Shown here piece by piece: positions 8,515-21,083 of a stretch of DNA of 64,000 bases. The translations under genes and the position numbers were made by a program. Positions within the stretch are counted from its first letter, which is position 1, and the number at the start of each line of letters is the position of its first letter. Source of the DNA: Escherichia coli (GTDB lineage: Bacteria > Pseudomonadota > Gammaproteobacteria > Enterobacterales > Enterobacteriaceae); the NCBI RefSeq assembly GCF_030013595.1, contig NZ_CP122768.1. One strand, 5' to 3'. A model generated the notes under the pieces. It was not told the DNA's origin, searched no databases, and worked only from the letters and a program-made list of their open reading frames with translations.

Positions 8515-8790
8515 ATGATTACCAATTATGAAACCACTGTTGTAACTACCGATGACATTGTTCACGAGGTGAATCTGGAAGGAAAGCGCATTGGCTACGT
8601 AATTAAAACAGAAAATAAAGAAACCCCATTCACTGTGGTTGATATCGATGGTCCATCAGGCAACGTAAAAACACTTGATGAAGGTGTCACAAAAATGAGC
8701 CTGGTTCACATCGGAAAGAATCTGCCCGCAGAAAAAAAAGCCGGATTTCTGGCAACTCTGATCGCAATGAAATTAAACGGTGAAATCTGA
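8515..8790 (+). CDS. racC: Rac prophage protein RacC
   Basis: 91 aa from MITNYETTVV...; matches remembered RacC. Confidence 0.8.
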   Translation: MITNYETTVVTTDDIVHEVNLEGKRIGYVIKTENKETPFTVVDIDGPSGNVKTLDEGVTKMSLVHIGKNLPAEKKAGFLATLIAMKLNGEI

Positions 8791-8889
8791 AAAAAAGAAA
8801 GCCTGCACTGTGTGCAGGCCTGAGTGAAGAACCTGGGACATTTATTCATCACTCGCAGTAATTTTAATCTGAGTTGAGGTTAAAAAACA

Positions 8890-11541
8890 ATGAGCACAAA
8901 ACCACTCTTCCTTTTACGGAAAGCGAAAAAATCATCCGGTGAGCCTGACGTCGTCCTGTGGGCAAGCGACGATTTTGAATCAACCTGTGCCACTCTGGAC
9001 TACCTGATCGTTAAGTCAGGTAAAAAACTGAGCAACTATTTTAAAGCTATTGCAACTAATTTTCCTGTCGTTAATGACCTGCCCCCTGAAGGTGAGATCG
9101 ATTTTACCTGGAGTGAACGCTATCAACTCAGCAAAGACTCCATGACATGGGAACTAAAACCGGGAGCAGCGCCAGACGACGTTCACCACCAGGATAATGC
9201 TCAAGAAACCAACGAACTGGCGGGAGGCCAGGAAGAAAACGCGCAGGCAGACGCCCACGAGGATTGCCAGGATTGCGAAGTCTCTGTAGCCACTTTGCGG
9301 TTCACACAGCGTCTTCTGCACATTTTTACGTATGCAGCCGGGGATCGGAAATACCTGCATCATGCCACCCGTGAACAACGCAAACACATTACTGCTCTTG
9401 AGATGGATCAGGAAAACAGCTATGTCCAGAATCTGCTGTTGGCCATACGCAGCATGGCAGAACCGACAACTCTGGATAATGCCGCCCTGCTCCGCCTGAC
9501 TGATGCAATTAAGGCAGTGTTCTCTATCACGAAAAAACATCAGCCCTATGAATTTAAGAATTTCATTTCAGCCTGGCTGGATACCGAACACATTGATCGC
9601 GGTCTTCTGACAAAAGAATGGCGAAAAGGAAATCGTGTTTCACGCATCACGCGCACGGCTTCCGGCGCTAATGCTGGCGGCGGAAACCTCACCGATCGCG
9701 GCGAAGGTTTCGTTCACGATCTGACGTCACTGGCGCGCGACGTAGCCACTGGCGTACTGGCTCGTTCAATGGACGTGGACATTTATAACCTTCATCCGGC
9801 ACACGCTAAACGTGTCGAGGAAATTATCGCTGAAAATAAACCACCCTTTTCTGTTTTCCGCGACAAATTCATCACCATGCCTGGTGGGCTGGATTATTCC
9901 CGCGCCATCGTGGTTGCGTCCGTAAAAGAAGCACCAATTGGGATCGAGGTTATCCCCGCACACGTCACCGAATATCTTAACAAAGTACTGACTGAAACTG
10001 ATCATGCCAACCCTGATCCAGAAATCGTGGATATTGCCTGCGGTCGTTCCTCTGCCCCGATGCCGCAGCGTGTAACAGAAGAAGAAAAACAGGATGATGA
10101 AGAAAAACTGCAACCATCTTGCGCAATGGCAGATGAACAGGCAACGGCTGAAACAGTGGAACCGGATGCAACTGAACATCATCAGGACACGCAGTCGCTG
10201 GATGCTCAGTCACAGGTAAATTCTGTTGATGCGAAATATCAGAAACTGCGGGCAGAACTCCATGAAGCCCGGAAAAACATTCCGCCCAAAAATCCTGTCG
10301 ATGCAGACAAATTACTGGCTGCCTCTCGCGGAGAATTTGTTGAAGGGATTAGCGACCCGAATGATCCGAAATGGGTTAAGGGGATCCAGACCCGCGATTC
10401 TGTGTACCAGAACCAGCCAGAAACGGAAAAAACCAGCCCGGATGTGAAACAACCTGAGCCAGTAGTGCAACAGGAACCGGAAATAGTCTGCAATGCCTGC
10501 GGTCAGACTGGCGGGGATAACTGCCCTGACTGTGGTGCAGTGATGGGCGACGCAACATACCAGGAAACATTCGGTGAAGAGAATCAGGTTGAAGCTAAGG
10601 AAAAAGATCCGGAGGAAATGGAAGGCGCTGAACATCCGCACAATGAGAATGCTGGCAGCGATCCGCATCGCGATTGCAGTGATGAAACTGGCGAAGTCGC
10701 AGATCCCGTAATCGTAGAAGACATAGAGCCAGGTATTTATTACGGAATTTCGAATGAGAATTACCACGCGGGTCCCGGTGTCAGTAAGTCTCAGCTCGAT
10801 GACATTGCTGATACTCCGGCACTGTATTTGTGGCGTAAAAATGCCCCCGTGGACACTACAAAGACAAAAACGCTCGATTTAGGAACCGCTTTCCACTGCC
10901 GGGTACTTGAACCGGAAGAATTCAGTAACCGCTTTATCGTAGCACCTGAATTTAACCGCCGTACAAACGCCGGAAAAGAAGAAGAGAAAGCGTTTCTGAT
11001 GGAATGCGCAAGCACAGGAAAAACGGTTATCACTGCGGAAGAAGGCCGGAAAATTGAACTCATGTATCAAAGCGTTATGGCTTTGCCGCTGGGGCAATGG
11101 CTTGTTGAAAGCGCCGGACACGCTGAATCATCAATTTACTGGGAAGATCCGGAAACAGGAATTTTGTGTCGGTGCCGTCCGGACAAAATTATTCCTGAAT
11201 TTCACTGGATCATGGACGTGAAAACCACAGCGGATATTCAACGATTCAAAACGACTTATTACGACTACCGCTATCACGTTCAGGATGCATTCTACAGTGA
11301 CGGTTATGAAGCACAGTTTGGTGTGCAGCCAACTTTCGTTTTTCTGGTTGCCAGCACAACTGTTGAATGCGGACGTTATCCGGTTGAGATTTTCATGATG
11401 GGCGAAGAAGCAAAACTGGCAGGCCAGCAGGAATATCACCGCAATCTGCGGACCCTGGCTGACTGCCTAAATACCGATGAATGGCCAGCTATTAAGACGT
11501 TATCACTGCCCCGCTGGGCTAAGGAGTATGCAAATGACTAA
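8890..11541 (+). CDS. recE: exodeoxyribonuclease VIII (RecE), full length
   Basis: 883-aa ORF; N- and C-terminal regions match remembered K-12 RecE ([22 protein letters not shown]... and ...[13 protein letters not shown]); Cys cluster [16 protein letters not shown]. Confidence 0.9.
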   Translation: MSTKPLFLLRKAKKSSGEPDVVLWASDDFESTCATLDYLIVKSGKKLSNYFKAIATNFPVVNDLPPEGEIDFTWSERYQLSKDSMTWELKPGAAPDDVHHQDNAQETNELAGGQEENAQADAHEDCQDCEVSVATLRFTQRLLHIFTYAAGDRKYLHHATREQRKHITALEMDQENSYVQNLLLAIRSMAEPTTLDNAALLRLTDAIKAVFSITKKHQPYEFKNFISAWLDTEHIDRGLLTKEWRKGNRVSRITRTASGANAGGGNLTDRGEGFVHDLTSLARDVATGVLARSMDVDIYNLHPAHAKRVEEIIAENKPPFSVFRDKFITMPGGLDYSRAIVVASVKEAPIGIEVIPAHVTEYLNKVLTETDHANPDPEIVDIACGRSSAPMPQRVTEEEKQDDEEKLQPSCAMADEQATAETVEPDATEHHQDTQSLDAQSQVNSVDAKYQKLRAELHEARKNIPPKNPVDADKLLAASRGEFVEGISDPNDPKWVKGIQTRDSVYQNQPETEKTSPDVKQPEPVVQQEPEIVCNACGQTGGDNCPDCGAVMGDATYQETFGEENQVEAKEKDPEEMEGAEHPHNENAGSDPHRDCSDETGEVADPVIVEDIEPGIYYGISNENYHAGPGVSKSQLDDIADTPALYLWRKNAPVDTTKTKTLDLGTAFHCRVLEPEEFSNRFIVAPEFNRRTNAGKEEEKAFLMECASTGKTVITAEEGRKIELMYQSVMALPLGQWLVESAGHAESSIYWEDPETGILCRCRPDKIIPEFHWIMDVKTTADIQRFKTTYYDYRYHVQDAFYSDGYEAQFGVQPTFVFLVASTTVECGRYPVEIFMMGEEAKLAGQQEYHRNLRTLADCLNTDEWPAIKTLSLPRWAKEYAND

Positions 11542-12367
11542 GCAACCACCTATCGCAAAAGCCGATCTGCAAAAAACTCAGGGAAACCGTGCACCAGCAG
11601 CAGTTAACGATAAGGATGTGCTGTGCGTGATTAACAGCCCGGCAATGAAAGCGCAACTGGCAGCAGCTCTGCCACGTCACATGACAGCGGAACGCATGAT
11701 CCGCATTGCTACAACAGAAATCCGTAAAGTACCGGAACTAAGAAACTGTGACTCGACGAGTTTTATCGGTGCCATCGTACAGTGTTCACAGCTCGGACTT
11801 GAGCCAGGTAGCGCCCTCGGTCATGCATATCTGCTACCGTTCGGCAACGGAAAAGCAAAAAACGGTAAGAAGAACGTACAGCTGATCATCGGTTATCGCG
11901 GCATGATCGACCTTGCCCGTCGATCAGGTCAAATCATCAGTCTGTCAGCTCGTGTTGTCCGTGAATGTGATGAATTCAGCTATGAACTTGGTCTTGATGA
12001 AAAACTGGTTCATCGTCCCGGTGAAAACGAAGATGCCCCTATAACCCATGTCTATGCTGTTGCAAAACTGAAAGACGGAGGAGTGCAGTTTGAAGTCATG
12101 ACCCGCAAACAAGTAGAAAAAGTTCGCGACACACACAGCAAGGCGGCAAAAAACGCAGCGTCAAAAGGGGCGTCGTCCATCTGGGATGAACACTTTGAAG
12201 ACATGGCCAAAAAGACAGTGATACGAAAACTGTTCAAGTATCTGCCGGTATCTATTGAAATCCAGCGTGCAGTATCGATGGATGGAAAAGAGGTGGAAAC
12301 AATTAATCCAGACGACATATCGGTTATAGCCGGGGAATACAGTGTAATCGATAATCCAGAAGAATAA
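11534..12367 (+). CDS. recT: RecT single-strand annealing protein
   Basis: Start [23 protein letters not shown] overlapping recE stop by 8 nt; strong match to remembered RecT. Confidence 0.92.
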   Translation: MTKQPPIAKADLQKTQGNRAPAAVNDKDVLCVINSPAMKAQLAAALPRHMTAERMIRIATTEIRKVPELRNCDSTSFIGAIVQCSQLGLEPGSALGHAYLLPFGNGKAKNGKKNVQLIIGYRGMIDLARRSGQIISLSARVVRECDEFSYELGLDEKLVHRPGENEDAPITHVYAVAKLKDGGVQFEVMTRKQVEKVRDTHSKAAKNAASKGASSIWDEHFEDMAKKTVIRKLFKYLPVSIEIQRAVSMDGKEVETINPDDISVIAGEYSVIDNPEE

Positions 12368-12411
12368 TCCAGCCTGGCGGTGTAATGCACCGCCAATGTG
12401 AGATAGTTTTT

Positions 12412-12618
12412 ATGACAAAAACTTTGAGATATGACGATGTTAAACCATGTCCGTTTTGTGGTTGTCCATCAGTAACGGTGAAAGACATTTCAGGATATTA
12501 CCGGGCAAAATGCAACGGATGCGAATCCCGAACTGGCTATGGTGGAAGTGAAAAAGAAGCGCTCGAAAGATGGAATAAACGAACCACTGAAAATATTAAT
12601 GGAGGCGTTCATGTATAA
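12412..12618 (+). CDS. ralR: restriction alleviation protein RalR (Lar)
   Basis: MTKTLRYDDVKPCPFCGCPSVTVK... matches remembered RalR. Confidence 0.85.
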   Translation: MTKTLRYDDVKPCPFCGCPSVTVKDISGYYRAKCNGCESRTGYGGSEKEALERWNKRTTENINGGVHV

Positions 12619-12799
12619 AATTACCGCTACAATTGAAAAGGAAGGTGGCACTCCTACTAACTGGACAAGATATTCAAAATCTAAACTAACGAAATCAGAA
12701 TGCGAAAAAATGCTCTCAGGTAAAAAAGAAGCAGGCGTTTCCAGAGAGCAGAAAGTAAAACTGATAAATTTTAATTGCGAGAAACTTCAGTCCTCGTGA
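12611..12799 (+). CDS. ydaC: Rac prophage small protein YdaC (RcbA)
   Basis: 62-aa ORF MYKITATIEKEGGTPTNW... with GGAGG Shine-Dalgarno; overlaps ralR stop. Confidence 0.7.
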   Translation: MYKITATIEKEGGTPTNWTRYSKSKLTKSECEKMLSGKKEAGVSREQKVKLINFNCEKLQSS

Positions 12800-12898
12800 A
12801 TTGCATTGTATTCAAATTAAAACTTCATAGCTGATTATTAATAATCAACATCAGGCGTCAATTTCAGTCTAACATTGGCGCCTGCCAGAGGTGATGCG

Positions 12899-13114
12899 AT
12901 GGCACAAGTAATCTTTAATGAAGAGTGGATGGTTGAATACGGCCTGATGCTTCGCACTGGTCTGGGGGCCAGACAAATTGAAGCATACCGCCAGAACTGT
13001 TGGGTGGAGGGCTTCCACTTCAAACGAGTATCTCCTTTAGGTAAGCCAGACAGCAAACGAGGGATTATCTGGTACAACTATCCAAAGATAAATCAGTTTA
13101 TCAAAGACTCATGA
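12899..13114 (+). CDS. xisR: Rac prophage excisionase
   Basis: [35 protein letters not shown]...; immediately upstream of the integrase. Confidence 0.8.
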   Translation: MAQVIFNEEWMVEYGLMLRTGLGARQIEAYRQNCWVEGFHFKRVSPLGKPDSKRGIIWYNYPKINQFIKDS

Positions 13115-13115
13115 T

Positions 13116-14351
13116 ATGTCTAAATTACCAACAGGTGTCGAGATTAGAGGTAGAAACATTCGCATCTGGTTCATGTTTCGAGGAAAACGATGTCGGGAAA
13201 CATTAAAAGGCTGGGAGATTACAAACAGTAATATTAAAAAGGCCGGAAATTTAAGAGCGCTGATAGTTCATGAAATAAACTCCGGTGAATTTGAGTATTT
13301 AAGACGTTTTCCCCAGTCCAGCACTGGGGCAAAAATGGTGACAACGAGAGTCATAAAAACGTTCGGGGAGCTTTGTGATATATGGACAAAAATTAAAGAG
13401 ACAGAGTTAACAACAAACACAATGAAGAAAACGAAATCACAATTAAAAACACTCAGAATAATAATTTGTGAAAGTACCCCGATATCATATATTCGTTATA
13501 GCGATATCTTAAACTACCGGAATGAACTGCTGCATGGAGAAACGCTTTACCTGGATAATCCAAGATCCAACAAAAAAGGAAGAACCGTGCGCACAGTTGA
13601 TAACTATATCGCCCTTCTCTGTTCGCTGTTACGTTTTGCGTATCAGTCGGGATTTATATCAACCAAACCATTTGAAGGAGTAAAAAAATTACAGCGAAAC
13701 AGAATAAAGCCTGACCCGTTATCTAAAACAGAATTCAATGCATTAATGGAAAGTGAAAAAGGACAGAGCCAAAACTTGTGGAAATTTGCCGTTTACTCCG
13801 GGCTTCGTCACGGGGAACTGGCAGCTCTTGCGTGGGAGGATGTGGATTTCGAGAAGGGAATTGTGAATGTCAGAAGAAACCTGACGATACTGGATATGTT
13901 CGGTCCCCCAAAAACAAATGCCGGGATCCGGACGGTAATATTACTGCAGCCTGCTCTTGAAGCACTGAAGGAGCAATACAAACTGACCGGGCATCATCGC
14001 AAAAGCGAAATCACCTTTTATCATCGGGAGTACGGCAGAACCGAAAAGCAAAAACTGCATTTTGTTTTCATGCCCAGGGTGTGTAACGGAAAACAGAAAC
14101 CTTATTACTCGGTAAGCAGTTTGGGGGCAAGGTGGAATGCAGCAGTAAAACGTGCTGGTATTCGCCGCCGTAATCCGTACCATACGCGGCATACATTTGC
14201 CTGCTGGCTGTTGACGGCAGGAGCGAACCCGGCATTTATAGCCAGCCAGATGGGGCATGAAACTGCGCAGATGGTGTATGAAATTTACGGTATGTGGATT
14301 GATGACATGAACGACGAACAGGTAGCCATGTTGAATGCGCGGCTATCGTAG
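13116..14351 (+). CDS. intR: Rac prophage tyrosine integrase
   Basis: 411-aa ORF with C-terminal catalytic region (..RHTFACWLL..HETAQMVYEIY..). Confidence 0.92.
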   Translation: MSKLPTGVEIRGRNIRIWFMFRGKRCRETLKGWEITNSNIKKAGNLRALIVHEINSGEFEYLRRFPQSSTGAKMVTTRVIKTFGELCDIWTKIKETELTTNTMKKTKSQLKTLRIIICESTPISYIRYSDILNYRNELLHGETLYLDNPRSNKKGRTVRTVDNYIALLCSLLRFAYQSGFISTKPFEGVKKLQRNRIKPDPLSKTEFNALMESEKGQSQNLWKFAVYSGLRHGELAALAWEDVDFEKGIVNVRRNLTILDMFGPPKTNAGIRTVILLQPALEALKEQYKLTGHHRKSEITFYHREYGRTEKQKLHFVFMPRVCNGKQKPYYSVSSLGARWNAAVKRAGIRRRNPYHTRHTFACWLLTAGANPAFIASQMGHETAQMVYEIYGMWIDDMNDEQVAMLNARLS

Positions 14352-14403
14352 TTGCAAAGTTTGCCCCCAATTTGCCCCATTGAGTACCAGAGAATCGAAA
14401 TAA

Positions 14404-15338
14404 TGCAAGAAAATCAAAAGAATACAAAGAAAGAACAATACAACCTGAACAAATTACAAAAACGTCTGCGTCGTAACGTGGGCGAAGCCATTGCTGACTT
14501 CAATATGATTGAAGAAGGCGATCGCATCATGGTTTGCCTCTCCGGGGGTAAAGACAGCTATACCATGCTGGAAATTCTGCGCAATTTGCAGCAAAGCGCG
14601 CCAATCAATTTTTCGCTGGTGGCTGTTAACCTCGATCAAAAGCAACCGGGCTTCCCGGAACACGTTCTGCCCGAGTATCTTGAAAAGCTGGGCGTTGAGT
14701 ACAAGATTGTTGAAGAGAACACTTACGGTATCGTGAAAGAGAAGATTCCGGAGGGCAAAACCACTTGCTCACTGTGTTCTCGTCTTCGTCGCGGTATCCT
14801 TTATCGTACCGCAACGGAACTGGGAGCGACGAAGATCGCGCTGGGTCACCATCGTGACGATATCCTGCAAACGTTGTTCTTAAATATGTTCTACGGCGGC
14901 AAGATGAAAGGTATGCCTCCGAAACTGATGAGCGATGATGGCAAACATATCGTGATTCGCCCTCTGGCCTACTGCCGCGAGAAAGATATTCAGCGCTTTG
15001 CCGATGCAAAAGCGTTCCCGATTATTCCGTGCAACCTGTGCGGTTCACAGCCTAACCTGCAACGTCAGGTGATTGCTGACATGTTGCGTGACTGGGATAA
15101 ACGTTATCCGGGGCGTATCGAGACGATGTTCAGCGCGATGCAGAATGTGGTGCCGTCGCATCTGTGCGATACCAACCTGTTCGATTTCAAAGGCATTACC
15201 CACGGTTCTGAAGTGGTTAACGGGGGTGATCTGGCGTTTGATCGCGAAGAGATCCCTCTACAACCGGCGGGTTGGCAGCCTGAAGAAGATGAAAATCAGT
15301 TGGATGAGTTACGACTGAATGTGGTTGAAGTGAAATAA
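14404..15338 (+). CDS. ttcA: tRNA 2-thiocytidine biosynthesis protein TtcA
   Basis: 311 aa from MQENQK..; PP-loop SGGKDS and CxxC motifs; the track ORF 14352.. is a TTG-start extension. Confidence 0.92.
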
Positions 15339-15466
15339 CCCGGATAGCGCCCGATGCGCAAGCTTATCGGGCTACTCTTATGGAGGCCGGAGAAGACGCG
15401 GCCAGCGTCGCATCCGGCAATCCCGAAGAAGATGTTGACTCTTGCACCCTGCGATTCAACATTTCA

Positions 15467-16840
15467 TTATTTTAATAACCGCACCCGGCACGTTTTTCCT
15501 TTAATCTTCCCGCCCTGTAACTGTTTCCATGCTTTATGAGCAACAGCCTGACGCACCGCGACATAGACATGCGCCGGATGCACGGCGATTTTGCCAATAT
15601 CTGCGCCATCAAGCCCGATATCTCCTGTCAGCGCACCTAATACATCACCCGGGCGCATTTTGGCTTTTTTCCCGCCATCGATACATAACGTTGCCATTTC
15701 GGCTTCCAGCGGCACAATGGAACTATTAACTGGCGGCGTTTGCCAGTTAAGTTTTATCTGCAACATGTCAGAAATGATATTGGCCCGCTGTGCTTCTTCC
15801 GGGGCACAGAAACTGATCGCCAGACCGCTATTTCCTGCACGCGCTGTACGACCGATGCGATGTACATGAACTTCAGGATCCCACGCCAGCTCAAAGTTCA
15901 CCACCAGCTCAAGCGATTTAATATCCAGACCTCGCGCAGCAACATCAGTCGCAACCAGTACACGGGCGCTACCGTTAGCAAAACGTACCAGGGTCTGATC
16001 GCGATCACGTTGCTCCAGATCGCCGTGTAACGACAATGCACTTTGCCCTACTTCATTCAGCGCGTCGCAGACAGCCTGGCAATCTTTTTTGGTATTGCAA
16101 AACACCACGCAAGAGGATGGCTGATGCAAACTTAATAACCTTTGCAACAACGGAATTTTGCCTTTGCTGGATGTCTCATAAAATTGTTGTTCAATAGGTG
16201 GCAGAGCATCTGTTGAGTCAATTTCAATCGCTAAAGGCTCGCGTTGCACTCGTCCGCTGATTGCGGCGATGGCTTCCGGCCAGGTTGCCGAAAACAGAAG
16301 CGTCTGTCGAGATGCAGGCGCAAAACGGATGACATCATCAATGGCATCGCTAAATCCCATATCCAGCATGCGATCGGCCTCATCCATCACCAGCGTATTC
16401 AACGCATCCAGTGATACCGTGCCTTTTTGCAGATGATCCAACAAACGGCCCGGCGTTGCCACGATAATATGCGGCGCATGTTGCAACGAATCACGCTGCA
16501 TACCGAACGGTTGACCACCGCACAACGTCAAAATTTTGGTATTTGGCAGAAAACGCGCCAGCCGACGCAATTCACCTGCCACCTGATCCGCCAGTTCACG
16601 CGTAGGACACAGCACTAAAGCCTGGGTTTGAAATAGCGACGCATCAATTTGCTGTAACAAGCCGAGGCCAAAAGCCGCCGTTTTGCCGCTGCCGGTTTTC
16701 GCCTGCACGCGAACATCTTTTCCGGCAAGGATCGCCGGAAGCGCGGCGGCCTGCACCGGCGTCATGGTTAAATAACCCAACTCATTAAGGTTCGTGAGTT
16801 GGGCAGGAGGCAAAACATTCAGGGTAGAAAAAGCGGTCAC
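15467..16840 (-). CDS. dbpA: ATP-dependent RNA helicase DbpA (DEAD-box)
   Basis: 457 aa; motifs AKTGSGKT, DEAD, SAT. Confidence 0.95.
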   Translation of the reverse strand: MTAFSTLNVLPPAQLTNLNELGYLTMTPVQAAALPAILAGKDVRVQAKTGSGKTAAFGLGLLQQIDASLFQTQALVLCPTRELADQVAGELRRLARFLPNTKILTLCGGQPFGMQRDSLQHAPHIIVATPGRLLDHLQKGTVSLDALNTLVMDEADRMLDMGFSDAIDDVIRFAPASRQTLLFSATWPEAIAAISGRVQREPLAIEIDSTDALPPIEQQFYETSSKGKIPLLQRLLSLHQPSSCVVFCNTKKDCQAVCDALNEVGQSALSLHGDLEQRDRDQTLVRFANGSARVLVATDVAARGLDIKSLELVVNFELAWDPEVHVHRIGRTARAGNSGLAISFCAPEEAQRANIISDMLQIKLNWQTPPVNSSIVPLEAEMATLCIDGGKKAKMRPGDVLGALTGDIGLDGADIGKIAVHPAHVYVAVRQAVAHKAWKQLQGGKIKGKTCRVRLLK

Positions 16841-17100
16841 AATCTATTCTCGTGGTCATCGACGCAAAGTTAGCAGGCGCGTATCCTCGCAGATCTACGC
16901 TCACGATGCGACAATTTAATCGGTTCTTCATCGGGGGGTGGGTCAGGCATGGGCTGCGGGCGAGGGATCGGATCGGGCACTGGAACAGGATCGCCAGGAA
17001 TCGGTTCAGGGACAGGAATTTGCAAATAAATAAGTGTCGTCATATTTCCCTCCGGTCATTGGGTGGACTCTTAAAGGGTAGACGCTGATAAATAACAGGC

Positions 17101-17222
17101 AAAAAAAAGCCGACTCATCAAAGTCGGCGTCGTACGAATCAATTGTGCTATGCAGTAATTCAAAAAAGGAAGTAAGACAATATGGAGCGCAACGCCCATC
17201 GCTTGACGTTGCATTCACCTGC
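17101..17222 (-). ncRNA. fnrS: FnrS small RNA
   Basis: Reverse complement begins GCAGGTGAATGCAACGTCAAGCGATGGGCG and ends in terminator hairpin GCCGACTTTGATGAGTCGGC plus U-run; matches remembered FnrS, located between zntB and dbpA. Confidence 0.8.
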
Positions 17223-17257
17223 AAGAGAGATATTGCCCTGAATGGGTAGAGAGTTTA

Positions 17258-17271
17258 TTGACTTCGCTCAA
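17258..17271 (-). promoter_or_regulatory. FNR-binding site of fnrS promoter (TTGAG-N4-GTCAA on minus strand)
   Basis: Dyad centred about 42 bp upstream of the inferred fnrS 5' end, class II FNR geometry. Confidence 0.6.
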
Positions 17272-17317
17272 ACTTTGCGGCGTTTTTGTATACAGACAGC
17301 CGGGAAAATTTCTTTTG

Positions 17318-18322
<1,005 letters not shown>

Positions 18323-18555
18323 TTATTTTGTAGTCTAGCCTTCTGGCCCTGTTACGCAACATCTCATCACCCCATTACCCTGAAATGATTAATAAAATTC
18401 TGTCTAAATTGAATACAAAAAGCAAAATGCTTTTCCATATACAAACCGTGTGAAGTGTTAAATAGCGTCTATCATTATCAGAATTATCTGATCATATGAT
18501 GTGGCTTTTTTGCGATCGGATAGCAACAAAAATTGATAAAAATAACGGGATCTCA

Positions 18556-19749
18556 ATGATTACGCACAACTTCAATACCCTGGACTTACTCACCAGTCCT
18601 GTCTGGATCGTTTCGCCCTTTGAGGAACAGTTAATTTATGCCAATAGCGCGGCGCGACTGTTGATGCAAGACCTCACGTTTAGTCAGCTACGAACCGGTC
18701 CCTATTCCGTCTCCTCACAAAAAGAACTGCCAAAATACCTCTCCGATCTGCAAAACCAACACGATATTATCGAAATCCTCACCGTTCAACGTAAAGAAGA
18801 GGAAACAGCATTAAGCTGTCGGCTTGTTTTGCGAGAGCTTACAGAAGCAGAACCGGTGATTATTTTCGAAGGTATCGAAGCACCGGCAACGCTGGGTTTA
18901 AAAGCCAGTCGCTCGGCAAATTATCAGCGCAAAAAACAAGGTTTTTATGCGCGCTTTTTTCTGACTAACTCTGCACCAATGTTGTTGATTGACCCCTCAC
19001 GAGATGGCCAAATCGTCGATGCTAACCTCGCCGCGCTCAATTTCTATGGCTATAACCATGAAACGATGTGCCAGAAACATACCTGGGAAATAAATATGCT
19101 CGGGCGACGCGTCATGCCTATCATGCATGAAATTTCGCATTTACCCGGTGGCCATAAGCCTTTGAATTTTGTTCATAAACTGGCGGATGGTTCGACTCGT
19201 CATGTGCAGACCTATGCCGGTCCGATTGAAATTTATGGCGACAAGCTCATGTTATGTATTGTGCATGATATTACTGAGCAAAAACGGCTGGAGGAGCAGC
19301 TGGAACATGCTGCCCACCATGACGCGATGACCGGATTACTGAATCGGCGACAGTTTTATCACATTACCGAGCCAGGCCAAATGCAGCACCTCGCCATCGC
19401 TCAGGATTACAGCTTATTGCTCATCGACACAGATCGTTTTAAACACATTAACGATCTCTATGGGCATTCTAAAGGTGATGAGGTGTTATGCACCCTCGCC
19501 CGCACTCTCGAAAGTTGCGCTCGCAAAGGCGATTTGGTGTTTCGTTGGGGAGGCGAAGAGTTTGTCTTATTGCTACCAAGAACCCCACTGGATACCGCGC
19601 TTTCGCTGGCTGAAACTATCCGCGTAAGCGTGGCAAAAGTGAGTATTTCGGGCTTACCACGCTTTACCGTCAGCATTGGTGTGGCGCATCACGAAGGAAA
19701 TGAAAGCATCGATGAACTGTTTAAACGCGTTGATGATGCTTTGTACTGA
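18556..19749 (+). pseudogene. dgcM: diguanylate cyclase DgcM (YdaM), 3' end interrupted by IS10; translation stops at the first IS10 codon, last 13 codons displaced
   Basis: GGDEF protein ending ...ELFKRVDDALY then TGA inside the IS10 terminus; the expected tail RAKNDGRNRVLAA is encoded in frame on the far side of the IS. Confidence 0.85.
19737..19745. repeat. IS10 target-site duplication, left copy (TGCTTTGTA)
   Basis: Identical 9-mer directly flanks both IS10 ends. Confidence 0.9.
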
Positions 19750-21074
19750 TGAATCCCCTAATGATTTTGGTAAAAATCATTAAGTTAAGGTGGATACACA
19801 TCTTGTCATATGATCAAATGGTTTCGCGAAAAATCAATAATCAGACAACAAGATGTGCGAACTCGATATTTTACACGACTCTCTTTACCAATTCTGCCCC
19901 GAATTACACTTAAAACGACTCAACAGCTTAACGTTGGCTTGCCACGCATTACTTGACTGTAAAACTCTCACTCTTACCGAACTTGGCCGTAACCTGCCAA
20001 CCAAAGCGAGAACAAAACATAACATCAAACGAATCGACCGATTGTTAGGTAATCGTCACCTCCACAAAGAGCGACTCGCTGTATACCGTTGGCATGCTAG
20101 CTTTATCTGTTCGGGCAATACGATGCCCATTGTACTTGTTGACTGGTCTGATATTCGTGAGCAAAAACGACTTATGGTATTGCGAGCTTCAGTCGCACTA
20201 CACGGTCGTTCTGTTACTCTTTATGAGAAAGCGTTCCCGCTTTCAGAGCAATGTTCAAAGAAAGCTCATGACCAATTTCTAGCCGACCTTGCGAGCATTC
20301 TACCGAGTAACACCACACCGCTCATTGTCAGTGATGCTGGCTTTAAAGTGCCATGGTATAAATCCGTTGAGAAGCTGGGTTGGTACTGGTTAAGTCGAGT
20401 AAGAGGAAAAGTACAATATGCAGACCTAGGAGCGGAAAACTGGAAACCTATCAGCAACTTACATGATATGTCATCTAGTCACTCAAAGACTTTAGGCTAT
20501 AAGAGGCTGACTAAAAGCAATCCAATCTCATGCCAAATTCTATTGTATAAATCTCGCTCTAAAGGCCGAAAAAATCAGCGCTCGACACGGACTCATTGTC
20601 ACCACCCGTCACCTAAAATCTACTCAGCGTCGGCAAAGGAGCCATGGGTTCTAGCAACTAACTTACCTGTTGAAATTCGAACACCCAAACAACTTGTTAA
20701 TATCTATTCGAAGCGAATGCAGATTGAAGAAACCTTCCGAGACTTGAAAAGTCCTGCCTACGGACTAGGCCTACGCCATAGCCGAACGAGCAGCTCAGAG
20801 CGTTTTGATATCATGCTGCTAATCGCCCTGATGCTTCAACTAACATGTTGGCTTGCGGGCGTTCATGCTCAGAAACAAGGTTGGGACAAGCACTTCCAGG
20901 CTAACACAGTCAGAAATCGAAACGTACTCTCAACAGTTCGCTTAGGCATGGAAGTTTTGCGGCATTCTGGCTACACAATAACAAGGGAAGACTTACTCGT
21001 GGCTGCAACCCTACTAGCTCAAAATTTATTCACACATGGTTACGCTTTGGGGAAATTATGAGGGGATCTCTCAG
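19746..21074 (+). mobile_element. IS10 insertion sequence, complete (1329 bp), outside end towards dgcM
   Basis: Begins CTGATGAATCCCCTAATGATTTTGGTAAAAATCATTAAG and ends ...GGGGAAATTATGAGGGGATCTCTCAG; length and ends match remembered IS10. Confidence 0.95.
19853..21061 (+). CDS. IS10 transposase
   Basis: 402-aa ORF MCELDILHDSLYQFCPELHLKRLNSL...HGYALGKL matching remembered IS10 transposase. Confidence 0.95.
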   Translation: MCELDILHDSLYQFCPELHLKRLNSLTLACHALLDCKTLTLTELGRNLPTKARTKHNIKRIDRLLGNRHLHKERLAVYRWHASFICSGNTMPIVLVDWSDIREQKRLMVLRASVALHGRSVTLYEKAFPLSEQCSKKAHDQFLADLASILPSNTTPLIVSDAGFKVPWYKSVEKLGWYWLSRVRGKVQYADLGAENWKPISNLHDMSSSHSKTLGYKRLTKSNPISCQILLYKSRSKGRKNQRSTRTHCHHPSPKIYSASAKEPWVLATNLPVEIRTPKQLVNIYSKRMQIEETFRDLKSPAYGLGLRHSRTSSSERFDIMLLIALMLQLTCWLAGVHAQKQGWDKHFQANTVRNRNVLSTVRLGMEVLRHSGYTITREDLLVAATLLAQNLFTHGYALGKL

Positions 21075-21083
21075 TGCTTTGTA
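21075..21083. repeat. IS10 target-site duplication, right copy (TGCTTTGTA)
   Basis: Identical to the 9-mer at 19737..19745. Confidence 0.9.

Larger units (their letters stand above)
1..14403. mobile_element. Rac-like lambdoid prophage, partial (window begins inside it); integrase end abuts ttcA
   Basis: Contiguous block of recognisable Rac proteins (YdaS/T/U/V-like, RacR, YdaG, YdaF, YdaE, RacC, RecE, RecT, RalR, YdaC, XisR, IntR) ending immediately 5' of ttcA, the known Rac attachment gene. Confidence 0.85.

Noticed and set aside
9154-10767. Several minus-strand ORFs of 64-151 aa inside recE (9154..9540, 9766..10182, 9977..10213, 10239..10493, 10312..10767, 10376..10570)
   Set aside because: They lie entirely antisense within a long, well-supported gene and have low-complexity translations; treated as shadow ORFs.
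8890-11541. Possible divergence of the RecE N-terminal and middle region from K-12 RecE
   Set aside because: My memory of the K-12 RecE internal sequence is not reliable enough to call a difference without an alignment; the termini match.
14352-14403. TTG-initiated N-terminal extension of ttcA in the ORF track (328 aa)
   Set aside because: The ATG at 14404 gives the 311-aa protein matching remembered TtcA; the extension is more likely prophage-junction sequence than coding.
16852-17224. ORFs of 72-78 aa in the dbpA-zntB intergenic region
   Set aside because: This region is occupied by the FnrS sRNA and its promoter; the ORFs have no ribosome-binding sites and Arg/Gly-rich translations.
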